A DNA stretch of 64,000 bases from Planctomycetota bacterium (GTDB taxonomy: Bacteria; Planctomycetota; B15-G4; SIAN01). The notes beneath the pieces were generated by a model, which was given only the letters and a program-made list of their open reading frames with translations, had not been told where the DNA came from and ran no database searches. This document shows, in pieces, positions 18,722-28,606 of this stretch. Where the stretch lies: NCBI GenBank assembly GCA_031409275.1, contig JANNXA010000030.1:1-64000 (forward strand), read 5' to 3'. Each line of letters starts with the position of its first letter. The first letter of the stretch is position 1. The position numbers and the translations under genes were made by a program.

Positions 18722-19696
18722 GTGATCCGCAGCCTCGGCCACCTCCTCGAAATCGGCGCGGCGGTCGCGGTGCTTTGCACTGCCGCCTGTCGTACCGAGC
18801 CGTCGCCGTCGCCGGCCCGGACGCCGGCCCCGCGCGCCCCGAGCGAATGGCTGCAGCGCGCGATCGAGCAACGAGTCGACTCGCTCGACGGGGTGGCGGG
18901 CTGCTTCGTGGCGCGCCTCGGTGACGGTGGCGTCATCGAGCCGATCGTCGCGCTTCGAGCCGACGAGCTCTTCCCGGCAGCGAGCCTGATCAAGGTCCCG
19001 ATCCTGATCGCGCTCTTCGAGCGGATCGAGCGCGGCGAGCTCGCCTTTCGCCAGCAACTGCGCTTCGACGCCACGCGCGCGACCGACGACGGCGACGATC
19101 TGCTCGCCCGCTTCGCGGACGGCGAGACGATCGACGTCGCGCACCTCGTCGCGCTGATGTGCACCTTCAGCGACAACTCGGCGAGCCTCTGGCTGCAGGA
19201 GCTGGCCGGCGGCGGAATGGCCATCAACGGCTGGCTGGCGACGCACGGCTTCGAGCAGACCCGAGTCAACTCGCGCACCGCGGGCCGCGAAGCGGAACAG
19301 CAGGAGTGGGGCTGGGGACAGACGACCCCGCGCGAGGTGGCGCGACTCCTCGCCTGCATCCGCGCGCGCCGCGCCGTTTCCATGGCGGCGGACCTCGAGA
19401 TGGAGCGCGCCTTGTCGCGCAGCTTCTGGACGGGCGAGGCGCTCTCCGTATTGCCGCCGCAGGTGCACGCACTATCGAAGCAGGGCGCCGTGAACCGCTC
19501 GCGCTCCGAGGTGCTCCTCGTCGACGCGCGAAGCGGCCCCTACCTCTTCTGCGCGATCACCAAGGCGCAGGCCGACACGAGCTGGACGCACGAGAACGCC
19601 GGTTTCGAGCTGTTGCGCGACCTTTCAGCGCTGACGTGGCGCTGGTTCGAACCCGACACGCCGCAAGTCCCGGTCGGCGATCGACGATTCGAGTAG
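18722..19696 (+). CDS. Class A beta-lactamase-like serine hydrolase, lipoprotein
   Basis: AASLIK (SxxK), SDN, SKQG (KTG-like); lipobox-like TAAC. Confidence 0.85.
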   Translation: MIRSLGHLLEIGAAVAVLCTAACRTEPSPSPARTPAPRAPSEWLQRAIEQRVDSLDGVAGCFVARLGDGGVIEPIVALRADELFPAASLIKVPILIALFERIERGELAFRQQLRFDATRATDDGDDLLARFADGETIDVAHLVALMCTFSDNSASLWLQELAGGGMAINGWLATHGFEQTRVNSRTAGREAEQQEWGWGQTTPREVARLLACIRARRAVSMAADLEMERALSRSFWTGEALSVLPPQVHALSKQGAVNRSRSEVLLVDARSGPYLFCAITKAQADTSWTHENAGFELLRDLSALTWRWFEPDTPQVPVGDRRFE

Positions 19697-19729
19697 GCCG
19701 AGCCGCCGCGGCGCGCGTGGCGGCGCCGC

Positions 19730-20650
19730 CTACTCGTCGTCTTCGTCTTCGCTGTCGGCGAACAGCGGCCCGAGCGCGATGGCCGCGGCGACGATGGCGG
19801 CGGAGCGGTAGACCGGCTCGAGCGCGGCGGTCAACGAATCGCTGCCGCGCCAGAACGGGAACGGACCGAGGCGACGCAGCAGCGCGCCCGGCTGCGACGG
19901 GATCGCGTTGGCGCCGCCGGGAAGCGGCGGCAGCTCGGCGCCCAGCCAATAGGCGGCGGGATCACTCGCCGGGACGGGATGGTTCTCCGGCGGTGGTGGC
20001 GGCGGCAATGGCGCGGGGGCCTCGCCGCGCGCCGCTTCACCCGCTGCACCCAGCCGCGTGATCAGCTCCTTGCGCGCCATTCCGCGCAACGCCAGCAGCA
20101 GCAGCGGATCGCGCTCGAGCTCGGCGGCGAAGACGCAGCAGGTGGCCGCGGCGTGACGGCACGGCTGCTCCGGCTCGTCGCAATCGCACTGCACCGTCCA
20201 CTCGCTGCGCTCTTCCGGCAGCAGCACGGCACCGACGGCAGCGAAGGCGTTCTCGAACTCGCCCGGCAGCTCGCCCGCCAGCAGCTTCGCGGCGACGAAC
20301 GTCGGTTGCACCAGGCTCGCCAGCGCGGCGTCGATCTTCGCCGGCGCGATCGGCTCGACCGTGATCACGACATCGTGCGTCGCCTTCACGATTCCCTGGA
20401 CCGACGCGATCAGCTTGCCGGTCTCGACATCGAGCGTGCGCACGAGGCCGTGGCGCGCATCGCCGCGGCCGCGCGCCAGGCGCAGCCCGAAGCCGAAATG
20501 CTCCACCACTTCGAGGAAGCGGCGCGCCCACTCGCTGCGCGCCGAACGGGCGGTGCGAACTTCGGACTTGAGCCCGCCGGCGGCCGCGCGCGGTCGCGCG
20601 CCGCGGAAGCCGCTTGGGTCGGGGTCGCGATACCAGCGTCCGCGCTTCAT
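19730..20650 (-). CDS. SWIM zinc-finger protein (SNF2-associated)
   Basis: CDC...PCRH motif; DPLLLLALRG; start overlaps the helicase stop (ATGA). Confidence 0.88.
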   Translation of the reverse strand: MKRGRWYRDPDPSGFRGARPRAAAGGLKSEVRTARSARSEWARRFLEVVEHFGFGLRLARGRGDARHGLVRTLDVETGKLIASVQGIVKATHDVVITVEPIAPAKIDAALASLVQPTFVAAKLLAGELPGEFENAFAAVGAVLLPEERSEWTVQCDCDEPEQPCRHAAATCCVFAAELERDPLLLLALRGMARKELITRLGAAGEAARGEAPAPLPPPPPPENHPVPASDPAAYWLGAELPPLPGGANAIPSQPGALLRRLGPFPFWRGSDSLTAALEPVYRSAAIVAAAIALGPLFADSEDEDDE

Positions 20651-23600
20651 TCGGCCACCGCCTCTTCGTCGAGCATGACCAGCTCGCGCAGCTGCTCGGT
20701 CGACAGCTCGGTGAGCCACTGCTCGCCGCTGCCGACCACGCGCTCCGCGACCTCTTTCTTGCGCGCCAGCAGCGTGTCGATGCGCTCCTCGAGCGTGCCG
20801 GCGCAAACCAGCAAGTGGACCTGCAGCTGGCGGGTCTGGCCGATGCGATGGGCGCGGTCGGTCGCCTGCGCCTCGACCGCCGGGTTCCACCAGCGATCGA
20901 AGTGGAAGACGTGCGAAGCGCGCGTCAGGTTCAACCCGGTGCCGCCCGCCTTCAGCGACAGGACGAAGATCGGCGGACCGTCGGGCGCTTCCTGGAAACG
21001 GTCGACCAGCTCCTGACGTTGGGCGCGCGGCGTGCCGCCATGGAGGAAGGCGACTTCGCGACCGAGCTCGTAGGCGAAGTGGCGCTGCAGCAGATCGCCC
21101 ATCTCGCGGTACTGCGTGAAGACGAGCGCGCGGTCGCCGACTTCGACGATCTCGGCCAGCATCTCGGTGGCGCGGTCGAGCTTGCCGCTGCGGCCCGGAA
21201 GCGGCGTTCCGTCGCCGAGCAGATGGGCCGGATGGTTGCACACCTGCTTCAGCTTGGTGAGGCCGGCCAGGATGAAGCCGCGCCGCTCGATGCCGACGGC
21301 TCCGCGCAGCCGTTCGGTCATCTCGTTGACGACCGCGGCGTAGAGCGTCGCCTGCTCGCGCGTGAGGTTGCAGATGACCTTGTGCTCGAGCTTGCTCGGC
21401 AGGTCGGGCAGGATCGCCGGATCGCTCTTCAGGCGGCGCAGGATGAACGGTCCGGTGCGTCGCTTGAGCCGCGCCAGCGCCGATTCGTCGCGACCGACGC
21501 GGATCGGCATCAGGAACTCGCGATGGAACTGCTCGCGCGCCGGCAGCAGCTCCGGGCTCAGGAACTGGAAGAGCGACCAGAGGTCGCCGACGTGGTTCTC
21601 GACCGGCGTGCCGGTCATCACGATGCGCCAATCGGACGGCAGCCGGCGTGCGGCGCGCGCCTGCTTGGTGTCGGGGTTCTTGATGTTCTGCGCTTCGTCG
21701 AGGATCACGCCGGCCCAGGGCACCGCGGCCAGCGCCTCGCCGTCGCGCGACAGCAGCGAATACGTGGTGACCACCAGCGCGTGCTGCTGCGCCGAACGGG
21801 TGAACTCGGCGTCACGCTGGCGCTCGAGACCGTGGTGCACCATCACGGTGAGGCCCGGCGTGAAGCGCGACGCCTCGCGCTGCCAGTTGCCGACCAGCGA
21901 GGTCGGGCAGACCAGCAGCACCGGCCGCTTCTCGCCCGAGTTGCGCTCGTCCGCCAGCAGCGCCAGCGCCTGGATCGTCTTGCCCAAGCCCATGTCGTCG
22001 GCGAGGCAGGCCGGCAGCCCGAAGCGCCGCAGGAACTTGAGCCACGACCAGCCGCGGCGCTGATAGGGACGCAACTCGCCGACGAAGCCGACCGGCTCCG
22101 GCAGCTCGGCGAAGCTCTCCTTGCCGCGCAGCCCATCGAACAGCTCGCCGAACAGGCCGCCGCCTTCGATGGCCGCCACGGGCAGCGGCGCGTTCTCGCC
22201 GCTGTCGATGCCGAGCGAAAGATGGATCAGGTCCTTCACCTTCGCCGTGGTCGAACTCTGCTTCTTCCAGCGATCGAGCGCGTTCTGCAGCTGCGTCGGG
22301 TCGAGCTCGACCCACTGCCCGCGCAACTTCACCAGGGGCTGCTTCAACTTCGCGAGCGCCTGCAGTTCGGCCGGCGAGAAGGCCTGGTCGCCCAGCGCGA
22401 TCTCCCAGTCGACGGTCACCACGTCGTTGAGCGTCAACGCGCCGCTGCTGGCGCCGAACCCCGCGCGCAACTTGCCGCGCGCCACGAGCGGCTGCTTGCC
22501 GACGCGGCGCAACCACCACGCGGGGAGCAGTACCGCGAAGCCCGCCTGCTCCAGTGCGAGCGCGTCGCGCGTCAGGAACAGGTGCGCCTGATCGAGGGTC
22601 AGCGGCAGCTCGCCGCGCGGATCGGCGCCCACGGCTGACGAGAGGATCGGGGAGACGCTCGCCGCCTGGCCGAGCCCGACCAGCGCCAGCTCGCGCAAGG
22701 CGACGCCGCCGCGCCGCAGCGCCGCGCCACCGCGCCCGGCCAGCGCTTCGCCGAGCGGCACCAACAAGCTCGGATCCTCGGTCGCGCGCAACAGGCAGCA
22801 GAGCTTCCAGGTCGGGCCGTCGCCCTCCGGCTCCTCGAGTCGGAAGACCACCCGCACCGGCGCGTCACTCGACAATTGCAGCGGCCGCTGCCAGCCAGCG
22901 ACTTCCTGCACGAGCGGATCGCCGTCGTCGCGCAGGACCTTCACCAGCGGCTCGAATCCCAGCAACGCGCGAATCCAGGCGTCGTGCTGCGAGCGGACCG
23001 CGCGAGTGGGGCCGAAGCCTAGCTGGCGCGCCTCGTTGGCGCCCATCCGGACCAGCGTGTCGAGCGCCTCGGCGACGAAACGCTTGGTCAGCGCGCGCGT
23101 GTCGCCGCGCGGCGCTTCCTTTTCGTCGGAGGGCGCCAGTGCGCGCGCAACGGAGGGCATCGCCGCGGCCAGCGCGGCGACCAGCGCGTGCTCTTCATCG
23201 CGCAGCACGGGCTGCCAGCGCGATTTCACGGTCGCCTCATCGCCTTCGGCGCCGGGCACGAAGCGTCCATCGAGCACCAATCGCGCGACGAAGCGCAGGG
23301 CGTGCGCGAAGAAGCGGACGTCGGCCGACATGCCGCTCGCTGCCGGATCCTCGTCTTCGCTGCGATCGAGTTCGGCGGCGATCTTCGCCAGCAATTCGAC
23401 GGCAGCCCGCCATCCCAGCGCCAGTACCGGAACCGTGTGGGGTTGGAGCGTGAGTTCGTGGTGCTCGCCCGAAAGGCGAAGCCGGGCACGTTCGGCGAGC
23501 AGCGGCCCATCGGGCCCGGTCGGCAACCAGAGCGTCGCCTCAGCGGCAGTGGCTCGTTCGGCCGCTTTTCCTGGGAGCAACGCCGTCAGCCCTGCACGCA

Positions 23601-23727
23601 GCGCATCGTGGTCCACGGGAGCGAACTGCGCCGTCGATTTGCCACCCTGTGCGGTCGTAGTGCCGGGAGTGGAAGCCTCGCCCCACCAAGCGAGTCCGTC
23701 GTTCAAGAAGGCGATATGGTGCGGCAT
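20647..23727 (-). CDS. SNF2-family ATP-dependent helicase (DUF3670 + SNF2_N + helicase C)
   Basis: LADDMGLGKT, DEAQ, TGTPVEN, QATDRAHRIGQ. Start uncertain (23727 or 23808). Confidence 0.95.
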   Translation of the reverse strand: MPHHIAFLNDGLAWWGEASTPGTTTAQGGKSTAQFAPVDHDALRAGLTALLPGKAAERATAAEATLWLPTGPDGPLLAERARLRLSGEHHELTLQPHTVPVLALGWRAAVELLAKIAAELDRSEDEDPAASGMSADVRFFAHALRFVARLVLDGRFVPGAEGDEATVKSRWQPVLRDEEHALVAALAAAMPSVARALAPSDEKEAPRGDTRALTKRFVAEALDTLVRMGANEARQLGFGPTRAVRSQHDAWIRALLGFEPLVKVLRDDGDPLVQEVAGWQRPLQLSSDAPVRVVFRLEEPEGDGPTWKLCCLLRATEDPSLLVPLGEALAGRGGAALRRGGVALRELALVGLGQAASVSPILSSAVGADPRGELPLTLDQAHLFLTRDALALEQAGFAVLLPAWWLRRVGKQPLVARGKLRAGFGASSGALTLNDVVTVDWEIALGDQAFSPAELQALAKLKQPLVKLRGQWVELDPTQLQNALDRWKKQSSTTAKVKDLIHLSLGIDSGENAPLPVAAIEGGGLFGELFDGLRGKESFAELPEPVGFVGELRPYQRRGWSWLKFLRRFGLPACLADDMGLGKTIQALALLADERNSGEKRPVLLVCPTSLVGNWQREASRFTPGLTVMVHHGLERQRDAEFTRSAQQHALVVTTYSLLSRDGEALAAVPWAGVILDEAQNIKNPDTKQARAARRLPSDWRIVMTGTPVENHVGDLWSLFQFLSPELLPAREQFHREFLMPIRVGRDESALARLKRRTGPFILRRLKSDPAILPDLPSKLEHKVICNLTREQATLYAAVVNEMTERLRGAVGIERRGFILAGLTKLKQVCNHPAHLLGDGTPLPGRSGKLDRATEMLAEIVEVGDRALVFTQYREMGDLLQRHFAYELGREVAFLHGGTPRAQRQELVDRFQEAPDGPPIFVLSLKAGGTGLNLTRASHVFHFDRWWNPAVEAQATDRAHRIGQTRQLQVHLLVCAGTLEERIDTLLARKKEVAERVVGSGEQWLTELSTEQLRELVMLDEEAVAE

Positions 23728-23932
23728 CCGTACCCGATATGTTCGGAAAAGGCTCTCAACACCCCCGGGGGAACGGCGCATTGTCGTCGCTTGTTGCTTG
23801 CGGCTCAAGCAGCGAGTCGAGTTCCCGGGGAGAAGCGCCTCAAATCGGGGTCGCCAGAGGCGAGGTGCAACGGCTAAAGCGGCGGCGAGCTTCGAACTTC
23901 AGTGCCGTTCTCCGATGGGAGCCCTCCTCGTG

Positions 23933-24400
23933 ATGCCGAGCCGATTCACTCCGATGGTGTGCGCCACCCTTTTTGCGGCCGGCGGTTGTCACGCTCCCGA
24001 CCGCGCGCCGGCGACCGCGGTCGCAGCCGCCCCGACCGTCGCTTCGCAGCTGTTCCGGATGGCCGACACGAAGACCACGACGCTGCCCGTCGCGACGCTG
24101 CACTTCGCTCTGGAGAACGCGGCGACCCGCAGCCTGCGCGACCTGCTCGTTGGCTCCGTCGTGCTGCAGCCTGGCCAGCAACTGCACCCGCCGCATCAGC
24201 ATGCGGAGGAGGAGTTCCTCTACCTTGTTTCGGGCAGCGGTCGCTGGAGCCTCGAAGGGCGCGAGTTCCCAGCTCAGACCGGAGACCTGCTCTATCTCGA
24301 GCCATGGGCCATGCACGGCATCACCAACACGGGCAGCGAGCCGCTCACCTTCTTCGTCCTCAAGTGGAACGGCAACGGGCAGGAGGTGCCGACCCATTGA
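23933..24400 (+). CDS. Cupin-domain lipoprotein
   Basis: HPPHQHAEEEFLYLVSGSG and GDLLY...HGITNTG; leader ending AAGGC. Confidence 0.88.
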   Translation: MPSRFTPMVCATLFAAGGCHAPDRAPATAVAAAPTVASQLFRMADTKTTTLPVATLHFALENAATRSLRDLLVGSVVLQPGQQLHPPHQHAEEEFLYLVSGSGRWSLEGREFPAQTGDLLYLEPWAMHGITNTGSEPLTFFVLKWNGNGQEVPTH

Positions 24401-25119
24401 TCGAAGGCGGCTCCCGCTCCCGCTTCCCCTCCACCTGCTGGACGGTGATTCGCGACGCTCAGGCAGGCGCCGCCGCGGAACGAGCCGCGGCCCTCGAGCG
24501 CCTGCTGTCGGTCTATTGGCGTCCGATCTACTGGACGCTGCGGCTCGACTGGAACGAAGCGCCCGACGAAGCGCGCGACCTGACGCAGAGCTACTGCGCC
24601 TCGTTCCTCGAACGCGACCTGCTGCACGACGTCGCCGCCGAGCGCGGCCGCTTCCGCAGCTTCGTCAAGGCGACCCTCAAGCACTGGATGCTCGCCCATC
24701 GACGCGACGCCGCGGCGCGCAAGCGCGGAGGCGGAGTGCGCATCGTGGCGTTGGCCGACCTCGACCCGATTGAAGCCGACCCGCCCGACTCCGACCAGTC
24801 GCCCGAGCAGCGCTTCGAGCGCCAGCTGATGCGGGCGATCCTCGAGCAAGCGCTCGCCGAACTGCGCACCGCCTGCGATCGCGACGGCAAGCTCGACCAC
24901 TTCGAGCTCTTCCACCGCTTCTACGTGCTCGAAGCCAGCGGTCATGCGCCGAGCTACGCCGACCTCGCGTTGCACTTCGCCCTGTCCACCCACGACGTGA
25001 AGAACCGGCTCTCCGCGTTGCGCAGCCGCTTTCGAAATCTCGTGCTCACCTACCTGCGCGACGGGTTGAGCAGCGACGACGACTTGATGAGCGAAGTGCG
25101 GGCGGTCTTCTCGACATGA
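24397..25119 (+). CDS. ECF sigma factor (kinase-associated type)
   Basis: TTG start after AGGAGG, overlapping the cupin stop; FPSTCWTVI, YWRPIY, ARDLTQ, GRFRSF, KRGGG and a C-terminal HTH. Confidence 0.88.
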   Translation: MIEGGSRSRFPSTCWTVIRDAQAGAAAERAAALERLLSVYWRPIYWTLRLDWNEAPDEARDLTQSYCASFLERDLLHDVAAERGRFRSFVKATLKHWMLAHRRDAAARKRGGGVRIVALADLDPIEADPPDSDQSPEQRFERQLMRAILEQALAELRTACDRDGKLDHFELFHRFYVLEASGHAPSYADLALHFALSTHDVKNRLSALRSRFRNLVLTYLRDGLSSDDDLMSEVRAVFST

Positions 25120-25129
25120 GCCGACCACG

Positions 25130-28100
25130 ATGAAGCGCCCCGACGAACGCGATCGCCCCGCTTCGGACGATCGGCCGCGCGAGCCGTCGCCGGCGCGGCT
25201 GGCCGACGCGCTGCGCGGTGCCTTCCTCGACGAGGTCGGTCTGCGCGACGCGGCGGCGGGCGGGCGGACGATCGGCCCCTACCTGCTGCTTTCCCCGCTC
25301 GGCCGCGGCGCGAGCGGCACCGTCTGGCGCGCGCTGCATCGCGAGCTGCTGCACGAAGTGGCGATCAAGCTGCTCGACATGCGCGGCGATGAGGCGGGTG
25401 CAGGCGAGCGGCTCGAACGGTTCCGACGCGAGGCGGCCACCGCCGCGAGGCTGCGCCATCCCGGCATCGTCACCGTCCACGACTTCGGTCACGACGAGTC
25501 GAGCTGGTACCTCGTGATGGACCTCGTCGAGGGGCTGCCGCTCGATCGCTGGTTCGAACAGGAGCGCCCGACCGTCGCCCGCCGACTCGCCGTCGTCGAG
25601 CAGGTGGCGCGCGCCGCCGACCACGCGCACCGCCACGGCGTCGTCCACCGCGACCTCAAGCCAAGCAACATCATGGTGCGCCACGGCGACGAAGCGGTGC
25701 TGGTCGACTTCGGCGTCGCACGCGACCGCTCCGATCGCTCGCTCACCAAGGTGGGCGGCGTGGTCGGCACCTTCGCCTTCATGGCGCCGGAGCAGCTCGA
25801 CGGCGCGCGCGAGCCCGACGCGCGTTCGGACCTCTTCTCGCTCGGCGTGCTGCTGCAGTTCGTCGTGACGGGCCGTCCCGTCTTCGTCCACGCCGCGTCT
25901 CCCGCCGATGCGCTGGCCGCGCGCAAGACACCGCGTCTGCTGCCGTCGCAATTTGCCCCTTCACTGACGCCGGAGTTCGACTCGCTGGTCGCGCGCTGCC
26001 TCGAACCCGACCCGGCGCGCCGACTCGGCGATGCGGGCGTGCTGGCCGACGAGCTGGCGCGGCTGCGTCGCGAGGCCGTGCCGGCGGCGAAGTCGACCCG
26101 GCTGCAGCGATGGCGAAGCGTGGTTACGAGCTTCGCCGTGCTCGCGGTTCTGGTCGCGGGCGTTCTTGCCGCAGAGCACCTCCTCGAGCAACGCCGCTCG
26201 CTCACGTCGCACGCGCGGGCGCTCGCCATCGAGTCGGCCTTGCTCGAGCTGTCACCGCAGTTGCGCCGGCCGCTCGCCCGCGCTGAAGCGGCCCGCTACA
26301 CGCCGCTCCCGGAATCGGAGAACCTGCGACTCAGCGCCGAGATCGAAGCGATCCTCGCGGCCAGCGGCGACACGACCGGCGTCGCGGCGGCCTACCACGC
26401 ATGGAGCGAGTTCCTGCTGGCGCCCGACCAGGCGGCGGACGCCTTCGCTCGCGCCAAGCGCCGCCATCCCGACAATCCGTTCGTCTGGCTCCTCTCCGCG
26501 CGCCGCCAGCTGCGCCGCGCCGCCGACTCGCCGGCCTGGTCCACGGCGCTTCCGATTTCGTACGAGCTGCTGATCGAGCCGCTCGCCGCACCGGGCACGT
26601 TGCATCAGCAGCCGGCGATGCGCACGATCCTCGCAGACGCACGCGACGATCTCGAACAGGCGCGCCGCACCGCCGTGGTCGAAGCGCTGCCGGGGCTCGA
26701 GTGGATCGTGCGCCTGTGCGAGGGGCTCGAACGCTTCTCCGCCGGCGATCCGGAAGGCGTGGTCGAACGGCTCGATCCGCTCTGTGCCCATGGCGACATC
26801 GACTTCGAGGCGACGCTCTTCCTCTGCCTCGCCCGCTTCGACCAGCGCCGCGTCTCCGAAGCGCTCGACCGGGCGCGCGCGCTGCACCAGCAGCATCCGG
26901 GTGTCAAACCGGCCACCAAGCTCCTCGCGCTCTGCCTGCAAGTCGAAGCGCGCGACCAGCTCGACGTCGGCAAGAGCCCGCTGCAGCTCCTCGAGGAAGC
27001 GAAGGTGCTGCTGGCGCAGGCCGGCTCCGAGTCGCTCGTCGACGCGATCCTCGTGGCGCAGCTCGACTTCGATCTCGAATGTGCGCGCCTCTACGCCGGC
27101 ATCACCAGCGAGACTGCGTGGCGAGCGATCGTCGCGCAGTGGATCGCGCTGCGAGCGCGAATCCTCGCGCAGGAATCGGTCGAGGAGAGCGCGCGCGGCG
27201 CCGCGCATGCGCGCGTCGGCTGGGCGCGCAACAACCTCGCGTTGGCGACGCTGCATGGGCAGGCTGCGATCGATGAGCAGCAGCGCGCTGCGGACGACTA
27301 TCGCGAAGCAGCGCGGCTCGCTCGCAAGCAGGCGTTGGTGCGCGTGCAGGAGGTGCAGGCGCGACTGATGGTCGCGGAGCTGCGCGCCCGCTGGGGAGCG
27401 CCGATCGACCCCACCGAGGTCGACTCGTTGAAAGTCTCGATCGCCGAGCTGCGGCAGCTCGCTGCACCCGACGAATCGCATCCGAAGGGCAATCCGTGGG
27501 CGCTCGCGCAGGCGGAGATCGCGGAGGCCCAGCTGACGCTCTGCGAGGTCGCGACGACGCCGCAGGTCGACGCCGCATTCGGTTCGCGCTGTCGCGAGGC
27601 CGCCGCGCAGGCCCGGCACGCGCGCGCGTTGGCTCCGCAGATCGGCACCACGACCTTCTACGAGTTCGACGCCGAGCTGTGGGCGCGCGTCGCCGAAGCG
27701 CAGCCAGCGGCCGCCATCGCCGCCTTCACGCGCCAGTTGCCCTTCGAGAGCCTCGGTGACGGCCCGCAGTGGTCGCGCTGGATCGAGCCGCTCTTCGTTC
27801 TGGCCAACGATGTCCGCTGCGACAACCGTCTCGCGCTGCTCGATGCGGCGGACGCGGCGATCGCGCGCATGCAGCGAGCCGTCCCCGATTCGTCGGTGTT
27901 CCCAGTCGCGGCGGTCGAGGCGCTGCTGCGCCGTCGATGGCTCGATCCGACGAACGCGATCGCCCCCATCGAGGCCGCGCTCGCCCATGCATCGGCGGCG
28001 CTCGACCGCGATCCGACTGCTCGCACCTTCGCCGAGGCGAAGGCGTTCGCGCTGCTGATGCTCGCCGAGCTCGGCGGCAGCGTGGCACGCGACTACGACG

Positions 28101-28366
28101 AGTGCTTGGCGCAGGCGGAGCAGGCGCTCGCCGTCGCGTGCCGCGAGCAGGTCTCCGTGCGCGCGCAGCTGCTGCGCGCGCGACTCGCGGTCGAGCGCGG
28201 CGATGCGGCGGCGGCCGCCGAGGCGAAGGCGCAGCTCGATGTCGCAATCGCGCGCGACCTCGAATCGGCCTACGCCGCGCGCTCGTGGGTCGACGTGATC
28301 CAGCCGCGCCTCGACCACGCCGACGATCAAGCGCTCGCCGCCGTCTGGCGCTCGCTCCTCCCGTAA
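25130..28366 (+). CDS. Hanks-type Ser/Thr protein kinase with TM helix and long helical (TPR-like) C-terminus
   Basis: GRGASG, VAIK, HRDLKPSN, DFG, MAPE, SDLFSLG; TM segment FAVLAVLVAGVLA. Confidence 0.93.
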   Translation: MKRPDERDRPASDDRPREPSPARLADALRGAFLDEVGLRDAAAGGRTIGPYLLLSPLGRGASGTVWRALHRELLHEVAIKLLDMRGDEAGAGERLERFRREAATAARLRHPGIVTVHDFGHDESSWYLVMDLVEGLPLDRWFEQERPTVARRLAVVEQVARAADHAHRHGVVHRDLKPSNIMVRHGDEAVLVDFGVARDRSDRSLTKVGGVVGTFAFMAPEQLDGAREPDARSDLFSLGVLLQFVVTGRPVFVHAASPADALAARKTPRLLPSQFAPSLTPEFDSLVARCLEPDPARRLGDAGVLADELARLRREAVPAAKSTRLQRWRSVVTSFAVLAVLVAGVLAAEHLLEQRRSLTSHARALAIESALLELSPQLRRPLARAEAARYTPLPESENLRLSAEIEAILAASGDTTGVAAAYHAWSEFLLAPDQAADAFARAKRRHPDNPFVWLLSARRQLRRAADSPAWSTALPISYELLIEPLAAPGTLHQQPAMRTILADARDDLEQARRTAVVEALPGLEWIVRLCEGLERFSAGDPEGVVERLDPLCAHGDIDFEATLFLCLARFDQRRVSEALDRARALHQQHPGVKPATKLLALCLQVEARDQLDVGKSPLQLLEEAKVLLAQAGSESLVDAILVAQLDFDLECARLYAGITSETAWRAIVAQWIALRARILAQESVEESARGAAHARVGWARNNLALATLHGQAAIDEQQRAADDYREAARLARKQALVRVQEVQARLMVAELRARWGAPIDPTEVDSLKVSIAELRQLAAPDESHPKGNPWALAQAEIAEAQLTLCEVATTPQVDAAFGSRCREAAAQARHARALAPQIGTTTFYEFDAELWARVAEAQPAAAIAAFTRQLPFESLGDGPQWSRWIEPLFVLANDVRCDNRLALLDAADAAIARMQRAVPDSSVFPVAAVEALLRRRWLDPTNAIAPIEAALAHASAALDRDPTARTFAEAKAFALLMLAELGGSVARDYDECLAQAEQALAVACREQVSVRAQLLRARLAVERGDAAAAAEAKAQLDVAIARDLESAYAARSWVDVIQPRLDHADDQALAAVWRSLLP

Positions 28367-28370
28367 CCAC

Positions 28371-28523
28371 CGGTGGCGGGGATCTTTCCTCCGCCGCATC
28401 CGCACCATCGCGCCCGGGGGAGCCGCCCGATCACCCCGTTTGCGCGGGCGGAGTTCCTCGCGGTCCCGGGGACGGACGCAACGAAGGAGTGCGAAATCGG
28501 CGGAGGAAAGATCCCCGCCACCG
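28371..28523. repeat. REPIN-like element: perfect 26-bp inverted repeats around a 101-bp spacer
   Basis: CGGTGGCGGGGATCTTTCCTCCGCCG (28371-28396) and its exact reverse complement (28498-28523); intergenic. Confidence 0.85.
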
Positions 28524-28606
28524 ATGCTGCCACCGATGCGGTTTCTAGAAGCGGCGACGCGAAGCGCTCTCCAGGGAGGGGGTCCCTCTCTGCTGGAGCT
28601 TTCGCC

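Noticed and set aside
18722..19696. A true class A resistance beta-lactamase
   Set aside because: SxxK and SDN are present but the triad is KQG and no clear omega-loop ExxLN is seen; only a beta-lactamase-like fold is supportable.
19730..23727. SNF2/SWIM pair (and the SbcCD-like pair at 43645-47546) as an anti-phage system
   Set aside because: Both are widespread conserved pairs, far apart, with no methylase, effector or other defence genes beside them.
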